Source of the DNA: the human T2T-CHM13v2.0 reference genome, Homo sapiens
NCBI RefSeq assembly: GCF_009914755.1
Contig: NC_060934.1
Reading direction: 5' to 3' (one strand)
Length of the DNA stretch: 64,000 nt
Part shown: one piece after another, positions 48,279-64,000 of the stretch
Position numbering within the stretch: the first letter of the stretch is position 1
Layout of the letters: each line of letters starts with the position of its first letter
The notes under the pieces: model-generated
Told to the model about the DNA's origin: nothing
The model's database searches: none
Seen by the model: the letters and a program-made list of their open reading frames with translations, nothing else
Program-made: the position numbers and the translations under genes

Positions 48279-48296
48279 GTCCCATCTGGGTTGCCA
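48279..48296 (-). other. Primer-binding site, tRNA-Arg type
   Basis: TGGCAACCCAGATGGGAC 3 nt after the 5' LTR; one mismatch to the complement of a tRNA-Arg(CCG) 3' end as I recall it. Confidence 0.85.
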
Positions 48297-48299
48297 AAA

Positions 48300-49055
48300 T
48301 GTGTCCAGAATTGGTTGCTTCTGGTGGGTTCTTGGTCTCGCTGACTTCAAGAATGAAGCCGCAGACCCCACGGTGACTGTTACCACTCTTAAAGATGGTG
48401 TGTCTGGAGTTTATTCCTTCAGATGTTCATATGTGTCCGGAGTTACTCCCTTCCGGTGGGTTCGTGGTCTTGCTGACTTCAGGAGTGAAGCCACAGACCT
48501 TCACAGTGAGTGTTACGGCTCTTAAAGGCAGCACGTCTGGAGTTGTTTGTTCCTCCCAGTGGGTTCATGATCTGGCTGACTTCAGGAATGAAGCCACAGA
48601 CCCTCACGGTGAGTGTTACAGCTCATAAAGGTAGTGCGGACCCAAAGAGTGAGCAGCAGCAAGATTTATTATGAAGAGTGAAAGAACAAAGCTTCCACAG
48701 TGTGGAAGGGGACCCGAGCAGGTTGCCACTGCTGGCTCAGGTAGCCAGCTTTTATTCTCTTATTTGGCCCCCACCATGTCCTGCTGATTGGTCCATTTTA
48801 CAGAGTGCTGATTGGTCCATTTTACAGAGTGACTGGTTCTGTTTTTACAGAGTCCTGATTGGTGCATTTACAAACCTTTAGCTAGACACAGAGCGCTGAT
48901 TGGTGCATTTTTGCAGAGTGCTGATTGGTGCGTTTACAAACCTTTAGCTAGACTAGACACAGAGCACTGATTGGTGCATTTACAATCCCTTAGCTATTCA
49001 GAAAAGTTCTCCAAGTCCCCACCTGACCCTGAAGCCTAGCCAGCTTCACCTCTCA
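48300..49055 (-). promoter_or_regulatory. 5' LTR12 (756 bp)
   Basis: Starts TGAGAGGTGAAGC. Tandem CCAAT array (~6 boxes, 48785-48975), AATAAA TATA-like box at ~48751-48756 and poly(A) signal at ~48665-48670. Confidence 0.93.
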
Positions 49056-49185
49056 AGAGGAGATAAATGTTTATACAGTGTAACTTAAGCAACGCTACTC
49101 AAACTGCAGGTCTGCGATGAGAAAAGGAGCTTGTACCAGAATGTAAGTTAATGAGTGCTTCCTTCATCTAGAAAGTCTTGCTACA

Positions 49186-51085
49186 GCCTCTCCCTCTCCC
49201 TCTCCGTCTCTGTCTCCCTCTCCCCACGGTCTCCCTCTCCCTCTCTTTCCACGGTCTCCCTCTGATGCCGAGCCGAAGCTGGACGGTACTGCTGCCATCT
49301 CGGCTCACTGCAACCTCCCTGCCTGATTCTCCTGCCTCAGCCTGCCGAGTGCCTGCGATTGCAGGCGCGCGCCGCCACGCCTGACTGGTTTTCGTATTTT
49401 TTTGGTGGAGACGGGGTTTCACTGTGTCGGCCGGGCTGGTCTCCAGCTCCCAACCACGAGTGATCCACCAGCCTCGGCCTCCCAAGGTGCTGGGATTGCA
49501 GATGGAGTCTCGTTCACTCAGTGCTCAATGGTGCCCAGGCTGGAGTGCAGTGGCATGATCTCGGCTCACTACAACCTCCACCTCCCAGCAGCCTGCCTTG
49601 GCCTCCCAAAGTGCCGAGATTGCAGCCTCTGCCTGGCCACCACCCCGTCTGGGAAGTGAGGAGCATCTCCGCCTGGCCGCCCATCATCTGGGATGTGAGG
49701 AGCCCCTCTGCCTGGCTGCCCAGTCTGGAAAGTGAGGAGCGTCTCTGCCTGGCCGCCATCCCATCTAGGAAGTGAGGAGCGCCTCTTCCCGGCCACCATC
49801 ACATCTGGGAAGTGAGGAGCGTCTCTGCCCGGCCGCCCATCGTCTGAGATGTGGGGAGCACCTCTGCCCTGCCGCCCCGTCCGGGATGTGAGGAGCGTCT
49901 CTGCCCGGTCGCCCCGTCTGAGAAGTGAGGAGACCCTCTGCCTGGCAACCGCCCCGTCTGAGAAGTGAGGAGCCCCTCCGCCCGGCAGCCGCCCCATCTG
50001 AGAAGTGAGGAGCCCCTCCACCCAGCAGCCACCCCGTCTGGGAAGTGAGGAGTGTCTCCGCCCGGCAGCCACCTCGTCCGGGAGGGAGGTGGGGGGGTCA
50101 GCCCCCCGCCTGGCCAGCCGCCCCGTCCAGGAGGTGAGGGGCGCCTCTGCCCGGCCGCCCCTACTGGGAAGTGAGGAGCCCCTCTGCCTGGCCAGCTGCC
50201 CCGTCCGGGAGGGAGGTGGGGGGGTCAGCCCCCCGCCCGGCCAGCCACCCCGTCCGGGAGGGAGGGAGGTAGGGGGGTCAGCCCCCCACCCGGCCAGCCG
50301 CCCCATCCGGGAAGTGAGGGGCGCCTCTGCCCGGCCGCCCCTACTGGGAAGTGAGGAGCCCCTCTGCCCGGCCAGCCGCCCCGTCCGGGAGGGAGGTGGG
50401 GGGGTCAGCCCCCCGCCCGGCCAGCTGCCCCCTCCGGGAGGGAGGTGGGGGGTCAGCCCCCTGCCCGGCCAGCCGCCCCCTCTGGGAGGTGAGGGGTGCC
50501 TCTGCCCGGCCGCCCCTACTGGGAAGTGAGGAGCCCCTCTGCCCGGCCACCACCCCGTCTGGGAGGTGTACCCAACAGCTCATTGAGAACGGGCCATGAT
50601 GACAATGGCGGTTTTGTGGAATAGAAAGGGGGGAAAGGTGGGGGAAAGATTGAGAAATCGGATGGTTGCCGTGTCTGTGTAGAAAGAGGTAGACATGGGA
50701 GACTTTTCATTTTGTTCTGTACTAAGAAAAATTCTTCTGCCTTGGGATCCTGTTGATCTGTGACCTTACCCCCAACCCTGTGCTCTCTGAAACATGTGCT
50801 GTATCCACTCAGGGTTGAATGGATTAAGGGCGGTGCAAGATGTGCTTTGTTAAACAGATGCTTGAAGGCAGCATGCTCCTTAAGAGTCATCACCACTCCC
50901 TAATCTCAAGTACCCAGGGACACAAACACTGCGGAAGGCCGCAGGGTCCTCTGCCTAGGAAAACCAGAGACCTTTGTTCACTTGTTTATCTGCTGACCTT
51001 CCCTCCACTATTGTCCTGTGACCCTGCCAAATCCCCCTCTGCGAGAAACACCCAAGAATGATCAATAAAAAAAAAAAAAAAAAAA
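49186..51085 (+). mobile_element. Full-length SVA (SVA_D-like), antisense to CTNNA3
   Basis: CCCTCT hexamers, Alu-like region, GC-rich VNTR (~49620-50560), SINE-R, AATAAA and poly(A). 14-bp TSD aaagtcttgctaca (49172-49185 and 51086-51099). Confidence 0.98.
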
Positions 51086-54000
51086 AAAGTCTTGCTACAA
51101 AGTGCTTAGGGTGTAGCTGATTTACTTTCAGGCACAAGCCTCTTATCTCGTTTCATAGATTAGTTAAAAATTGGGAACTTCTAATTACATTTTGAACAGT
51201 GCTAATTTAAAGTAGGGGCCTCCATTGTTCAAGTTCCAGTATTTGAGAGACTTTCTTTGCACTAAACATTGCCTTCTCCTTCAAATCAATTTCCCCATTG
51301 CCAGGAGGCATCTGAAGCAGAAAATCATCCTGGTTAGGATAATGAAAGGCAAAGAAAAGAGGTGGGGAGGGTGCCAAATAAACTTGACCTAATCTTCCAT
51401 TTTGCACACAGGAACTCAAAGTCACCTATCATATGCTAGAAGCTAGTGATTAAATTGGTTACAGATTACTCGCTGAATCCCAGGCAAAAATAATGTGGTT
51501 AAAAACAGTATTTAAGCATGTGAAAAATCAGATGTATCGGCTAACAGTCCTGTTCACCTTCAAAAATTCTGCAGCCTCAATTATCTGTCACTTTCCATTA
51601 GATTTGCAACTTTGCTAAACTCCGGAGTTCCACCCCGCTGTACCATCTCACTTAAAATCCAGTATCCAAACAAGAATCAGAAAATCACACTTTTTAAATC
51701 TCTAGACTAGCATTCCCATGAGCCAATGATCCATAAATAAACACTATTTTCAAGTTTTCATTACAAAGCGCATAATTTCTCTTCAGGCCAGTTTGGGTTG
51801 CCAACTTCTCTTCTTAAATCTTAATCCCTTCTATTCCAAAAAAAATAGAAACATGCAAACAGAAGTTCATGGGGAATAGAGAATGAAACTCCCATCCTTC
51901 TGTAGCTATGGTTTTTCTCTAAATATTATTACTGAATAATAAAAACTTCACAATTTAAAAAGTTTTTTAATACAGGAAGAATATATTATTTGATAATTCA
52001 TAACTCTACCTCTCACTTCACACCACATAATATTGATATCTCTAATCTCTCCACTTTGATTACTTGGGACCAGTAACCACTTCCAATAATTAGTTGTATT
52101 TATCACTAATTCCTTAGCTTTCTTCCTTCTACTCTATTTACACAACATGGTTCTCAAACTCAACAATGACAGAATTAAAACTTATCTTCTCTGACTCCTA
52201 CCATAGCCACGCCTAATTCCATTCTCATGTTTTCCCTATAGAAAAACCCAATACTGAATTGCTCCTCTAGCATGTGCCCTCTATCCCTTTTCTTTCTAGT
52301 CTGTTGCCTACAGATTTTCTCCAAATACTTCTAATTTCTCCAAAGATTCACAATAAGTAAAGAATTTATTCTTCCTATTCCTATTTCTTTGTCACAGTTG
52401 TATCATAAAAGTCATATAAATCACTATGTCTACATGGTCTTCTAATAAAGTTACTTATACATTCTGTTATTTTCATGTGCAAAGTAACGTAAGTGATCAA
52501 CAATACTATCTATCGGTTTCAGGCAGAGCTGAAGTATTTTCAACTCTGACATGTAGCTTTGTTGATATCTGTAAAAGTTTATTGAGTGGAAATTTTGTAG
52601 GTAGGAGAGATTCCATCCTTCTAAACACTAAGTATTTTGGTATCTATGTGCCTGATAACAATGTTTTGCACATCATAGACAATAAATATATCATTTGGTA
52701 GACTAGGAATTTTACAATGCTTTAAAAGAATAACAGTAAAAACACATCTTAAATATCACAACTTTTACCTTCAAACATAGTGTTCTCTAATCCAACACTT
52801 CTACAGTTAGAAACAGAGATTAAGGAAATTATCTTAAACATATCTACAACATACATATACACATAAGTAAATAAATACACAAAGATGTTTACCATAGCAT
52901 CTAGATGTTCAGCAATGATTAATAAAATTATATTCATTCACTTGAACAAATGTTACACAAATTTAAAATAACACCACTGTAGAATAGGTAATATTCTGTG
53001 GAAAATGTTTTGGTATATGGTTAAATGAAAAAGCAAGGTTCCAAATTTTATCTATACTATTATTGCAATTATTTTTAAAGCCATCTAGAAAAAAAAAGAC
53101 TAGAAGGAAACACATCAATGAAATTACAGGAAATATTTTTCTGTGCTTTCAAAATTCCTACGATGAACATTTAATGCTTTTATAATGAAAAAAAGTTTTA
53201 CCAATCTTTACTCAAATAGGAAGATTTAGACTATGTGTAGGAGGTAACAAATGGGAATAACTTTGTCTATACTGTCTGTATTTTAGGTTTCTCCATTTAA
53301 CAAACTTGTCCTATGGTTCTACTGAGATAATTTTTTATAATGGACAATGAAATTTTAATAGCACACTCAAATATGCCATTCAAATCTGACCATGGATAAT
53401 CTGAATCTTCAAATCACAACTATTCTCAATATGTTGAGCTTTCAATCTGTCTAAAAAGCTAGCCACAAACCCAGAACCAATGCAAACTTGAAATCCTGCT
53501 TTTTCCACTTTGTTTTAAGCAAATCATTGCATTCTCACGTTATCTCCAGAGATCTTAGTAGGCACATATCAGTGACTCAAAACCTCTACAGTAAATGAAC
53601 TTTCTGATGTCTAACCCCAATTTCTTCTTGTTTCCATTTGAACTCATTTCTTTTATTTGTCTTCCGTGTAACTGACAGCAGCTGCTCACAATCATTCAGA
53701 TCCCATTAGATAGTGACCTTTTCTTTACATGATTGATCATTACATCTCATGATCATTCCATACAGTGATTTTCATTTGACTATAACTGGTCATCAAACAG
53801 TTCTGAGAGCATTCCTCAACCTCTTAATATTCCTTCCAATTATAAAACAAATAGACATTAAATTCAGAAATTAATGCTTTTTGCCATTATCTCACTTGAA
53901 ACATCTTCCATTTACTATGAATTAGCTTTTGGTTGAAAGTAAAATCCCTTCAAACATATTCCATCTTTGCTTCCTTTTCCCCACTCCCATGCCAAAGCAC

Positions 54001-54329
54001 AAGCATCCAGGCCATATCTTATCTTTTCCTGCACAGTATCCAATCGGCTTTTTATAGCCAGAAACTCTCTGAATGCAAAGCACGACCTTGGCTACCAGCT
54101 TCCCCTGGCAATAGTTCGAAAGTTATTTATAACTTTAAAATTAGCGTGAAAGCCTACGTTTCTCATAACTAGTCAAAACATTCCTATTTCATACAATAAT
54201 GTGATCTTCCTCAGTTCAGAAGAAAACCCCAAATTTTAAACCTATGATTATAACTAAGACACAGGAATTCAATGCAGAAATGAGAATTCGCTGAAGTTCA
54301 GCTCTTCTCTTTACAAACTTGATTCTTAC

Positions 54330-54520
54330 CTTTCTGTTTCTTCCTATAAAGTAAATGGGCTTAAAATTCAGCTCCCGTAGGGAATTTTCCAAAAAGAGCT
54401 TTGTGGGGGACGGAAAAAGGCTTCTTGGTGGTCACAGAGTTACAGAGTACCAAATTGAGAGGCAGATGACAGTGGGGCAGTCAATTTCGCTGAGCGTTGT
54501 TCACCCAGGATAAGAAAGAA
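54330..54520 (-). other. CTNNA3: CTNNA3 non-coding first exon (5'UTR); the 5' boundary (TSS) is approximate
   Basis: Strong donor AAG|GTAAGA (GT at 54329-54328) in unique, non-repeat sequence, with no upstream ATG on the minus strand in this interval. Splicing to exon 2 gives ...GAAACAGAAAG|GCAGCATG, consistent with my recollection of the CTNNA3 mRNA leader and its ~48-kb first intron. Confidence 0.75.
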
Positions 54521-54800
54521 AGGGGAGGTTACAAGCCAGGGTGGGTGGTATCTAATCCTGAACCGCTAGTCACTGACCTCACTGACAACTTGTTACTGAA
54601 AATACTTCGTTGAAAAAGGCCAGACACATACTTTGCCTAGAGACCTACAAACATAGCTCTGAATAAGTTTAGATTTGCATTTCTCTAGTTCCTTTCCAAA
54701 AGAAGAACCTCTTCTATCTAATTAAAGCCAAAGGCTGGAATTATTGAAAGTGAAAAATGATAAAGCAGGGAAAACAAGAGTCCAGGAAATCCTCACATCA
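54500..54800 (-). promoter_or_regulatory. CTNNA3: Proximal CTNNA3 promoter, CpG-poor, with GATA, MEF2-like and octamer motifs
   Basis: GATA cores at ~54549-54553, 54714-54719 (AGATAG on minus) and 54758-54763 (TGATAA). MEF2-like CTAATTAAAG at 54718-54727 (1 mismatch). Octamer ATTTGCAT at 54673-54680. CTNNA3 is known to be regulated by GATA4 and MEF2C. Confidence 0.6.
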
Positions 54801-57189
54801 AAAGATCAATTATGTAAAATTCAATGTCTTCAGAACCCTAGAGATGATGGCATCAAGGCCATGTGTCACATCTGAGATCGTATTTTTCTTCTTCTGAAAT
54901 ATTACCTGTCTCATCCCTTGTACCAAGCATCACACTCTCTCCTTCCAGTATTTATGAGGAACCACATCATTATCAGTAAAGAATCTAAACTGAAGATTTA
55001 CCAAAAACTCAATAGGTTAACCCATTATTAAATTTAAGCCACCAAAAAAAAAAGTCTTCTCCACCAAAATTTATTTTTTCTCTCTATGACTATTCTTTTT
55101 CACATTTCCTTTTCCCTTTTTTTTGATATCTTCTCCCTCAATATCTTCACATCCACTGAAACAATCTTTATCATTTCATCAATTCCTTGACATCCCACTC
55201 GAACTTCTGTGGCATTTCCTTGGACATTACCATTTTTCCGACTTTCTTCTAATAGCTTCTAAAACAAGAGGTGCTAACTAAAATATGAACTACTTGTTTG
55301 AGTTTTGGCAGTCCTGTTCTTAAAAGGCTGAATTCAAAATAAAAAGAAAGCATTTATTTATTGGCTCTCCAGATACTCTTAGCACAAATTTCAGGGAGCC
55401 AAGAGGAAAGGCAGGGTCTGGGAACTGTCAGAGAATCAACTATGAAAGGAGTTCATTTTATATGATTTTCAGGATAGCCTTCAAAACAACTGTATTTTTA
55501 TGTAGCTACCTTTAAAATGGGCATAATTGACAATATATTTATCTAAAGATTCTTAGTTGCTAACATGCTATCCTCCCCAGATTTTTTTAAAGCAGCTTTT
55601 TCCCCCTGGAGAATCTAGGAATAGCATCTTTTCACAGTGAAACAAAGAGTAAGTTTTATGTCTCTCAATCCATCTTTTCTTGAATAAAGAAATCACTTGA
55701 CACTTGCAAAATAGCAGGTTTTGTTTTAGAGCTTTAATAATGAATGTTTTCCAAACCAGGACTGTTGAATTGAGCCCAAGATGAGATATCCAAATTCTAT
55801 CATAAGCCTAGCTTGTCCTGCTGTGAAACCACAATAAGTTACTTACCTGCCCTGTACCTCTCCTTTCCACCTACAAAATGTAGATGAGAACTCTTATTCT
55901 TTTCATTTGCTTTTCAGAGGATATGTGAATTAAATGGATAAAAGCTGAAGAGCTTTAAATTACACTGAACTCTTCAGAGATGCAATACAGATAAAACCTT
56001 CTTACAGAATTTGGTGTTATCAAAACAATTAAATATTATAAATATCTGAAATGTAATTTTAAAGAGCTTTTATAGTGGGTTTTTTTTTAATTCCTTCATA
56101 AAAATATCTGCAGCCTCCAAGGTAGTATTTAGCTGAAGTATTTCCCACTATAGCCACAAGAGGTCCCCTCCTAGCAATTCAAATCACGTTGGATTTGTTG
56201 ATCACAGGCCCCATGGTCCTCTGTATTTGTATCAGTTTGCTGACAGAAAACATATATCACCTATGTCAAATTTCCATAGCTAACTATAGGGTAGGAGACA
56301 AAAGCAGAGAAATCTGCCTTTCTCTGTGTGATCGCTGAGGCATGCTGGAGGCTAAATAGTTCCTGTAAACTACACAGCCCCTGCATTTTGCATCCTGGCC
56401 CTCTTCCAGATTTTCACAGTAGTTCTTTCTTGTCACCTTGCCCAGTCTTGTTCAGTATTTATTCTCCTTCCCTATTTACTTGTTTCCTTTCTTTATACTT
56501 TGCAAACTTTAAAATTTTGGCTCACATGCCTCTTGCAAGCAATCAAACATTGAGGGTAGAAGAGCTGGGGAAAAAAAAAAGAGAGAAAAAAGAGAGAGAA
56601 TAAATCAGGGCCATTACTAGCAATTCTCCCGAGGTAATCAAAAGTAAGTTTTTTCGTTCTGGGCATCAGGACCGGCCCCAAACAAAGTCATTCAATTGGA
56701 TGTATTGAGAAGCCCCTTGATGCAGAGCCCTGTGTTAGGCGCCAGCTAGAAGATTACAGGAGAGAAGGGAGGCCTCCAAAAAGAAGATAATTCTATCCCT
56801 GTCAGTAGCCTCTCTTGGAAAATAAATCCTCCAGGGTGCAATATGTTCTTTAGTCAGAATGGAGTAGTTTCTTCTTGTCAATAAAATCCCTTATAGAATG
56901 AAAATCACTTTTGCATGAACCATGAGTCCATTTCATCTGTCCATAATATCTCAAAATACTGGCAATTTCAGGTTCGGGCTTTAAAAATATGTAATTTTCT
57001 GAACAGCCATAATACCTTTCTAAAATGAGATTTAAAGCTAGGAATAATCCCTGTTTGTGATAATTAAAACCATTTTTTTCAAAAATATGTGATAAATACT
57101 TCTGGCACCTTGTCAGGTATTTTAGGTGAATCTAAATGAATCTGCCCCTGATTTGAAGGTCTTATGTACTATTAATACAAAAAAAAAAA

Positions 57190-57750
57190 ATGTTTCTCAC
57201 TCTCCCTTCCCAACCATCCTTATTATTAGCAGCTAACCAACTCTCCTGCCTCACTAAGAAGAACAGAAGCCATCTGGAAGATGTTTCACATCTTTCCATC
57301 ATCAAATCTATAAACCCACTAACACCGAGCCTCATCTTCTCTACCCTCCCTCCTATTAAAATGCAAGAAGTCCTCTTGCTCTTACCAAAGGCTAATCTCT
57401 CTTGTGTGCTGGATCCCTTCTTCCCTCACCTTTTCAAGGACTCTGCTCCTTCACGATCACCTCACACACTGCATTATCACCCTTTCTCCAATGATCAGTG
57501 CAAAAATATGCCACAGGACTTCTACCTGAAAATTTTCAAACAAACAAAACATACTTTTACCCTACAACTCCCTGTGGTTGCTACTTAGTTCTCTGTGCCT
57601 TCATCATAATACTTCCCAAATGAGTTGTCCACCACCCCTATGTTTTTACCTCTCACTTCACAACCCACTAAGATGATTTATTTCCCCTTCACTCCCAAAA
57701 GGGTCATTTTTAAGTCTATCAACAACCTCCAGGTGGCCAAACCATTCTGT
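57190..57750 (+). mobile_element. L2 fragment
   Basis: CT-rich L2-like ORF remnants (tgtgctggatcccttcttccctcacc, caacaacctccaggtggccaaa). Confidence 0.55.
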
Positions 57751-58998
57751 CACCTGAGGGGATAACACATCCTAACCTATGGCTTCAAATGAGATCTTTA
57801 AATGACATAGGATATTGAGTGGGACTTCTCCTGTTGCCAATAATTGGTGACTATGGCTCAAAATGAAAGACAATGAAGCCACCCAGGTACACGCTAAGGA
57901 ATTTCCAGTATTTGAGGATAGACATTTCACTCAGGGATTACTAAGAAGCAGTTAAGAAAAGAGAAGGTGGAGCCAAGATGGCTGAATAGGAACAGCTCCG
58001 GTCTACAGCTCCCAGCATGAGCGACGCAGAAGACGGGTGATTTCTGCATTTCCATCTGAGGTACCAGGTTCATCTCACTAGGGAGTGCCAGACAGTGGGC
58101 GCAGGACAGTGGGTGCAGTGCACCGTTCGCGAGCCGAAGTCGGGCAAGCCACTGCCTCACTCGGAAAGAACAACGGGTCGGGGAGTTCCCTTTCCTAGTC
58201 AAAGAAAGGGGTGACAGACGGCACCTGGAAAATCGGGTCACTCCCACCCTAATACTGCGCTTTTCCGATGGGCTTAAAAGACAGCGCACCAGGAGATTAT
58301 ATCCCGCACATGCTTTGGAGGGTCCTATGCCCACAGAGTCTCACTGATTGCTAGCACAGCAGTCTGAGATCAAACTGCAAGGCAGCAGCGAGGCTGGGGG
58401 AGGGGCGCCCGCCATTGCCCAGGCTTGCTTAGGTAAACAAAGCAGCCAGGAAGCTCGAAATGGGTGGAGCCCACCACAGCTCAAGGAGGCCTGCCTGCCT
58501 CTGTAGGCTCCACCTCTGGGGGCAGGGCACAGACAAACAAAAAGACAGCAGTAACCTCTGCAGACTTAAGTGTACCTGTCTGACAGCTTTGAAGAGAGCA
58601 GTGGTTCTCCCAGCACGCAGCTGCAGATCTGAGAATGGGCAGACTGCCTCCTCAAGTGGGTCCCTGACCCCTTGACCCCCGAGCAGCCTAACTGGGAGGC
58701 ACCCCCCAGTAGGGGCAGACTGACACCTCACACGGCCAGGTACTCCTCTGAGACAAAACTTGCAGAGGAACGATCAGACAGCAGCATTCACGGTTCACGA
58801 AAATCCGCTGTTTTGCAATCTCCGCTGCTGATATCCAGCAAACAGGGTCTGGAGTGGACCTCTAGCAAACTCCAACAGACCTGCAGCTGAGGGTCCTGAA
58901 TGTTAGAAGGAAAACTAACAAACAGAAAGGACATCCACACCAAAAACCCATCTGTACATCACCATCATCAAACACCAAAAGTAGATAAAACCACAAAG

Positions 58999-60014
58999 AT
59001 GGGGAAAAAACAGAGCAGAAAAACTGGAAACTCTAAAAAGCAGAGCGCCTCTCCTCCTCCAAAGGAACGCAGCTCCTCACCAGCAACGGAACAAAGCTGG
59101 ACGGAGAATGACTTTGACGAGTTGAGAGAAGAAGGCTTCAGACGATCAAACTACTGCGAACTACAGGAGGAAATTCAAACCAAAGGCAAAGAAGTTGAAA
59201 ACTTTGAAAAAAATTTAGACGAATATATAACTAGAATAACCAATACAGAGAAGTGCTTAAAGGAGCTGATGGAGCTGAAAGCCAAGGCTCGAGAACTACG
59301 TGAAGAACGCAGAAGCCTCAGGAGCCAATGCGATCAACTGGAAGAAAGTGTATCAGTGATGGAAGATGAAATGAATGAAATGAAGGGAGAAGGGAAGTTT
59401 AGAGAAGAAAGCATAAAAAGAAACGAAAAAGCCTCCAAGAAATATGGGACTATGTGAAAAGACCAAATCTACGTCTGATTGGTGTACCTGAAAGTGATGG
59501 GCAGAATGGAACCAAGTTGGAAAACACTCTGCAGGATATTATCCAGGAGACCTTCCCCAATCTAGCAAGGCAGGCCAACATTCAGACTCAGGAAATACAG
59601 AGAATGTCACAAAGATACTCCTCGAGAAGAGCAACACCAAGACACATAATTGTCAGATTCACCAAAGTTGAAATGAAGGAAAAAATGGTAAGGGCAGCCA
59701 GAGACAAAGGTCAGGTTACTCACAAAGGGAAGTCCATCAGACTAACAGTGGATGTCTTGGCAGAAACTCTACAAGCCAGAAGAGAGTGGAGGCCAATATT
59801 CAACACTCTTAAAGAAAAGAATTTTCAACCCAGAATTTCATATCCAGCCAAACTAAGCTTCATAAGTGAAGGAGAAATAAAATACTTTACAGACAAGCAA
59901 ATGCTGAGAGATTTTGTCACCAACAGGCCTGCCCTAAAACAGCTCCTGAAGGAAGCACTAAACATGGAAAGGAAAAACCGGTACCAGCTGCTGCAAATTC
60001 ATGCCAAACTGTAA
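58999..60014 (+). pseudogene. L1 ORF1p, frameshifted near 59425
   Basis: MGKKQSRKTGNSK... in one frame and KRPNLRLIGVPE...LQIHAKL in another. Confidence 0.95.
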
Positions 60015-60077
60015 AGACCATCGAGGCTAGGAAGAAACTGCATCAACTAATGAGCAAAATAACCAGCTAACATCATA

Positions 60078-63903
<3,826 letters not shown>

Positions 63904-64000
63904 ACAATGAGAACACATGGACACAGGAGGGGGACCATCACACTCTGGGGACTGTTGTGGGGTGGGGGGAGGGGGGAGGGATAGCTTTAGGAGATATACC

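Larger units (their letters stand above)
41970..49055 (-). mobile_element. HERV9 (ERV9) provirus with two LTR12-family LTRs; internally deleted and non-autonomous
   Basis: TG...CA LTR ends, 4-bp TSD AGAG (41966-41969 and 49056-49059), PBS, PPT, and gag, pro, RNase H and env-TM remnants. Confidence 0.96.

Noticed and set aside
49168-51137. Many overlapping Pro/Gly/Arg-rich ORFs, up to 245 aa
   Set aside because: Products of the stop-poor GC-rich SVA VNTR and Alu-like region.
58429-58731. 100-aa antisense ORF in the L1 5'UTR
   Set aside because: A generic antisense frame found in L1PA 5'UTRs; it is not ORF0 and not specific to this locus.

Overview
Primate, most likely human, genomic DNA covering the 5' end of CTNNA3 (alpha-T-catenin), transcribed on the minus strand. 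It holds a non-coding first exon and CpG-poor promoter (~54.3-54.8 kb), a ~48.5-kb first intron and the ATG-bearing exon 2 (5745-5848, MSAETPITLNIDPQDLQVQTFTVEKLLEPLIIQ). Two further exon candidates are a cassette exon at 7070-7146 that adds a 12-aa N-terminal extension and an alternative first exon near 23.9 kb. Much of the rest is transposon-derived: Alus, L1s, MaLR LTRs, L2/MIR/CR1, DNA transposons, a KRT8 retrocopy fragment, a deleted HERV9/LTR12 provirus, a full SVA and a full-length but dead L1PA3/4. Nearly all ORFs in the supplied track are repeat-derived or chance ORFs, and I see no new protein-coding system. The most unusual structure is a perfect, spacer-less 162-bp palindrome (32050-32211) exactly at the 5' junction of a truncated L1, which looks like a fossil of fold-back priming during L1 integration. 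Also notable are non-consensus substitutions shared by two inverted L1s flanking the promoter, and young retroelement promoters pointing at exon 2. Subfamily names and isoform comparisons come from memory of consensus sequences, not from a search.
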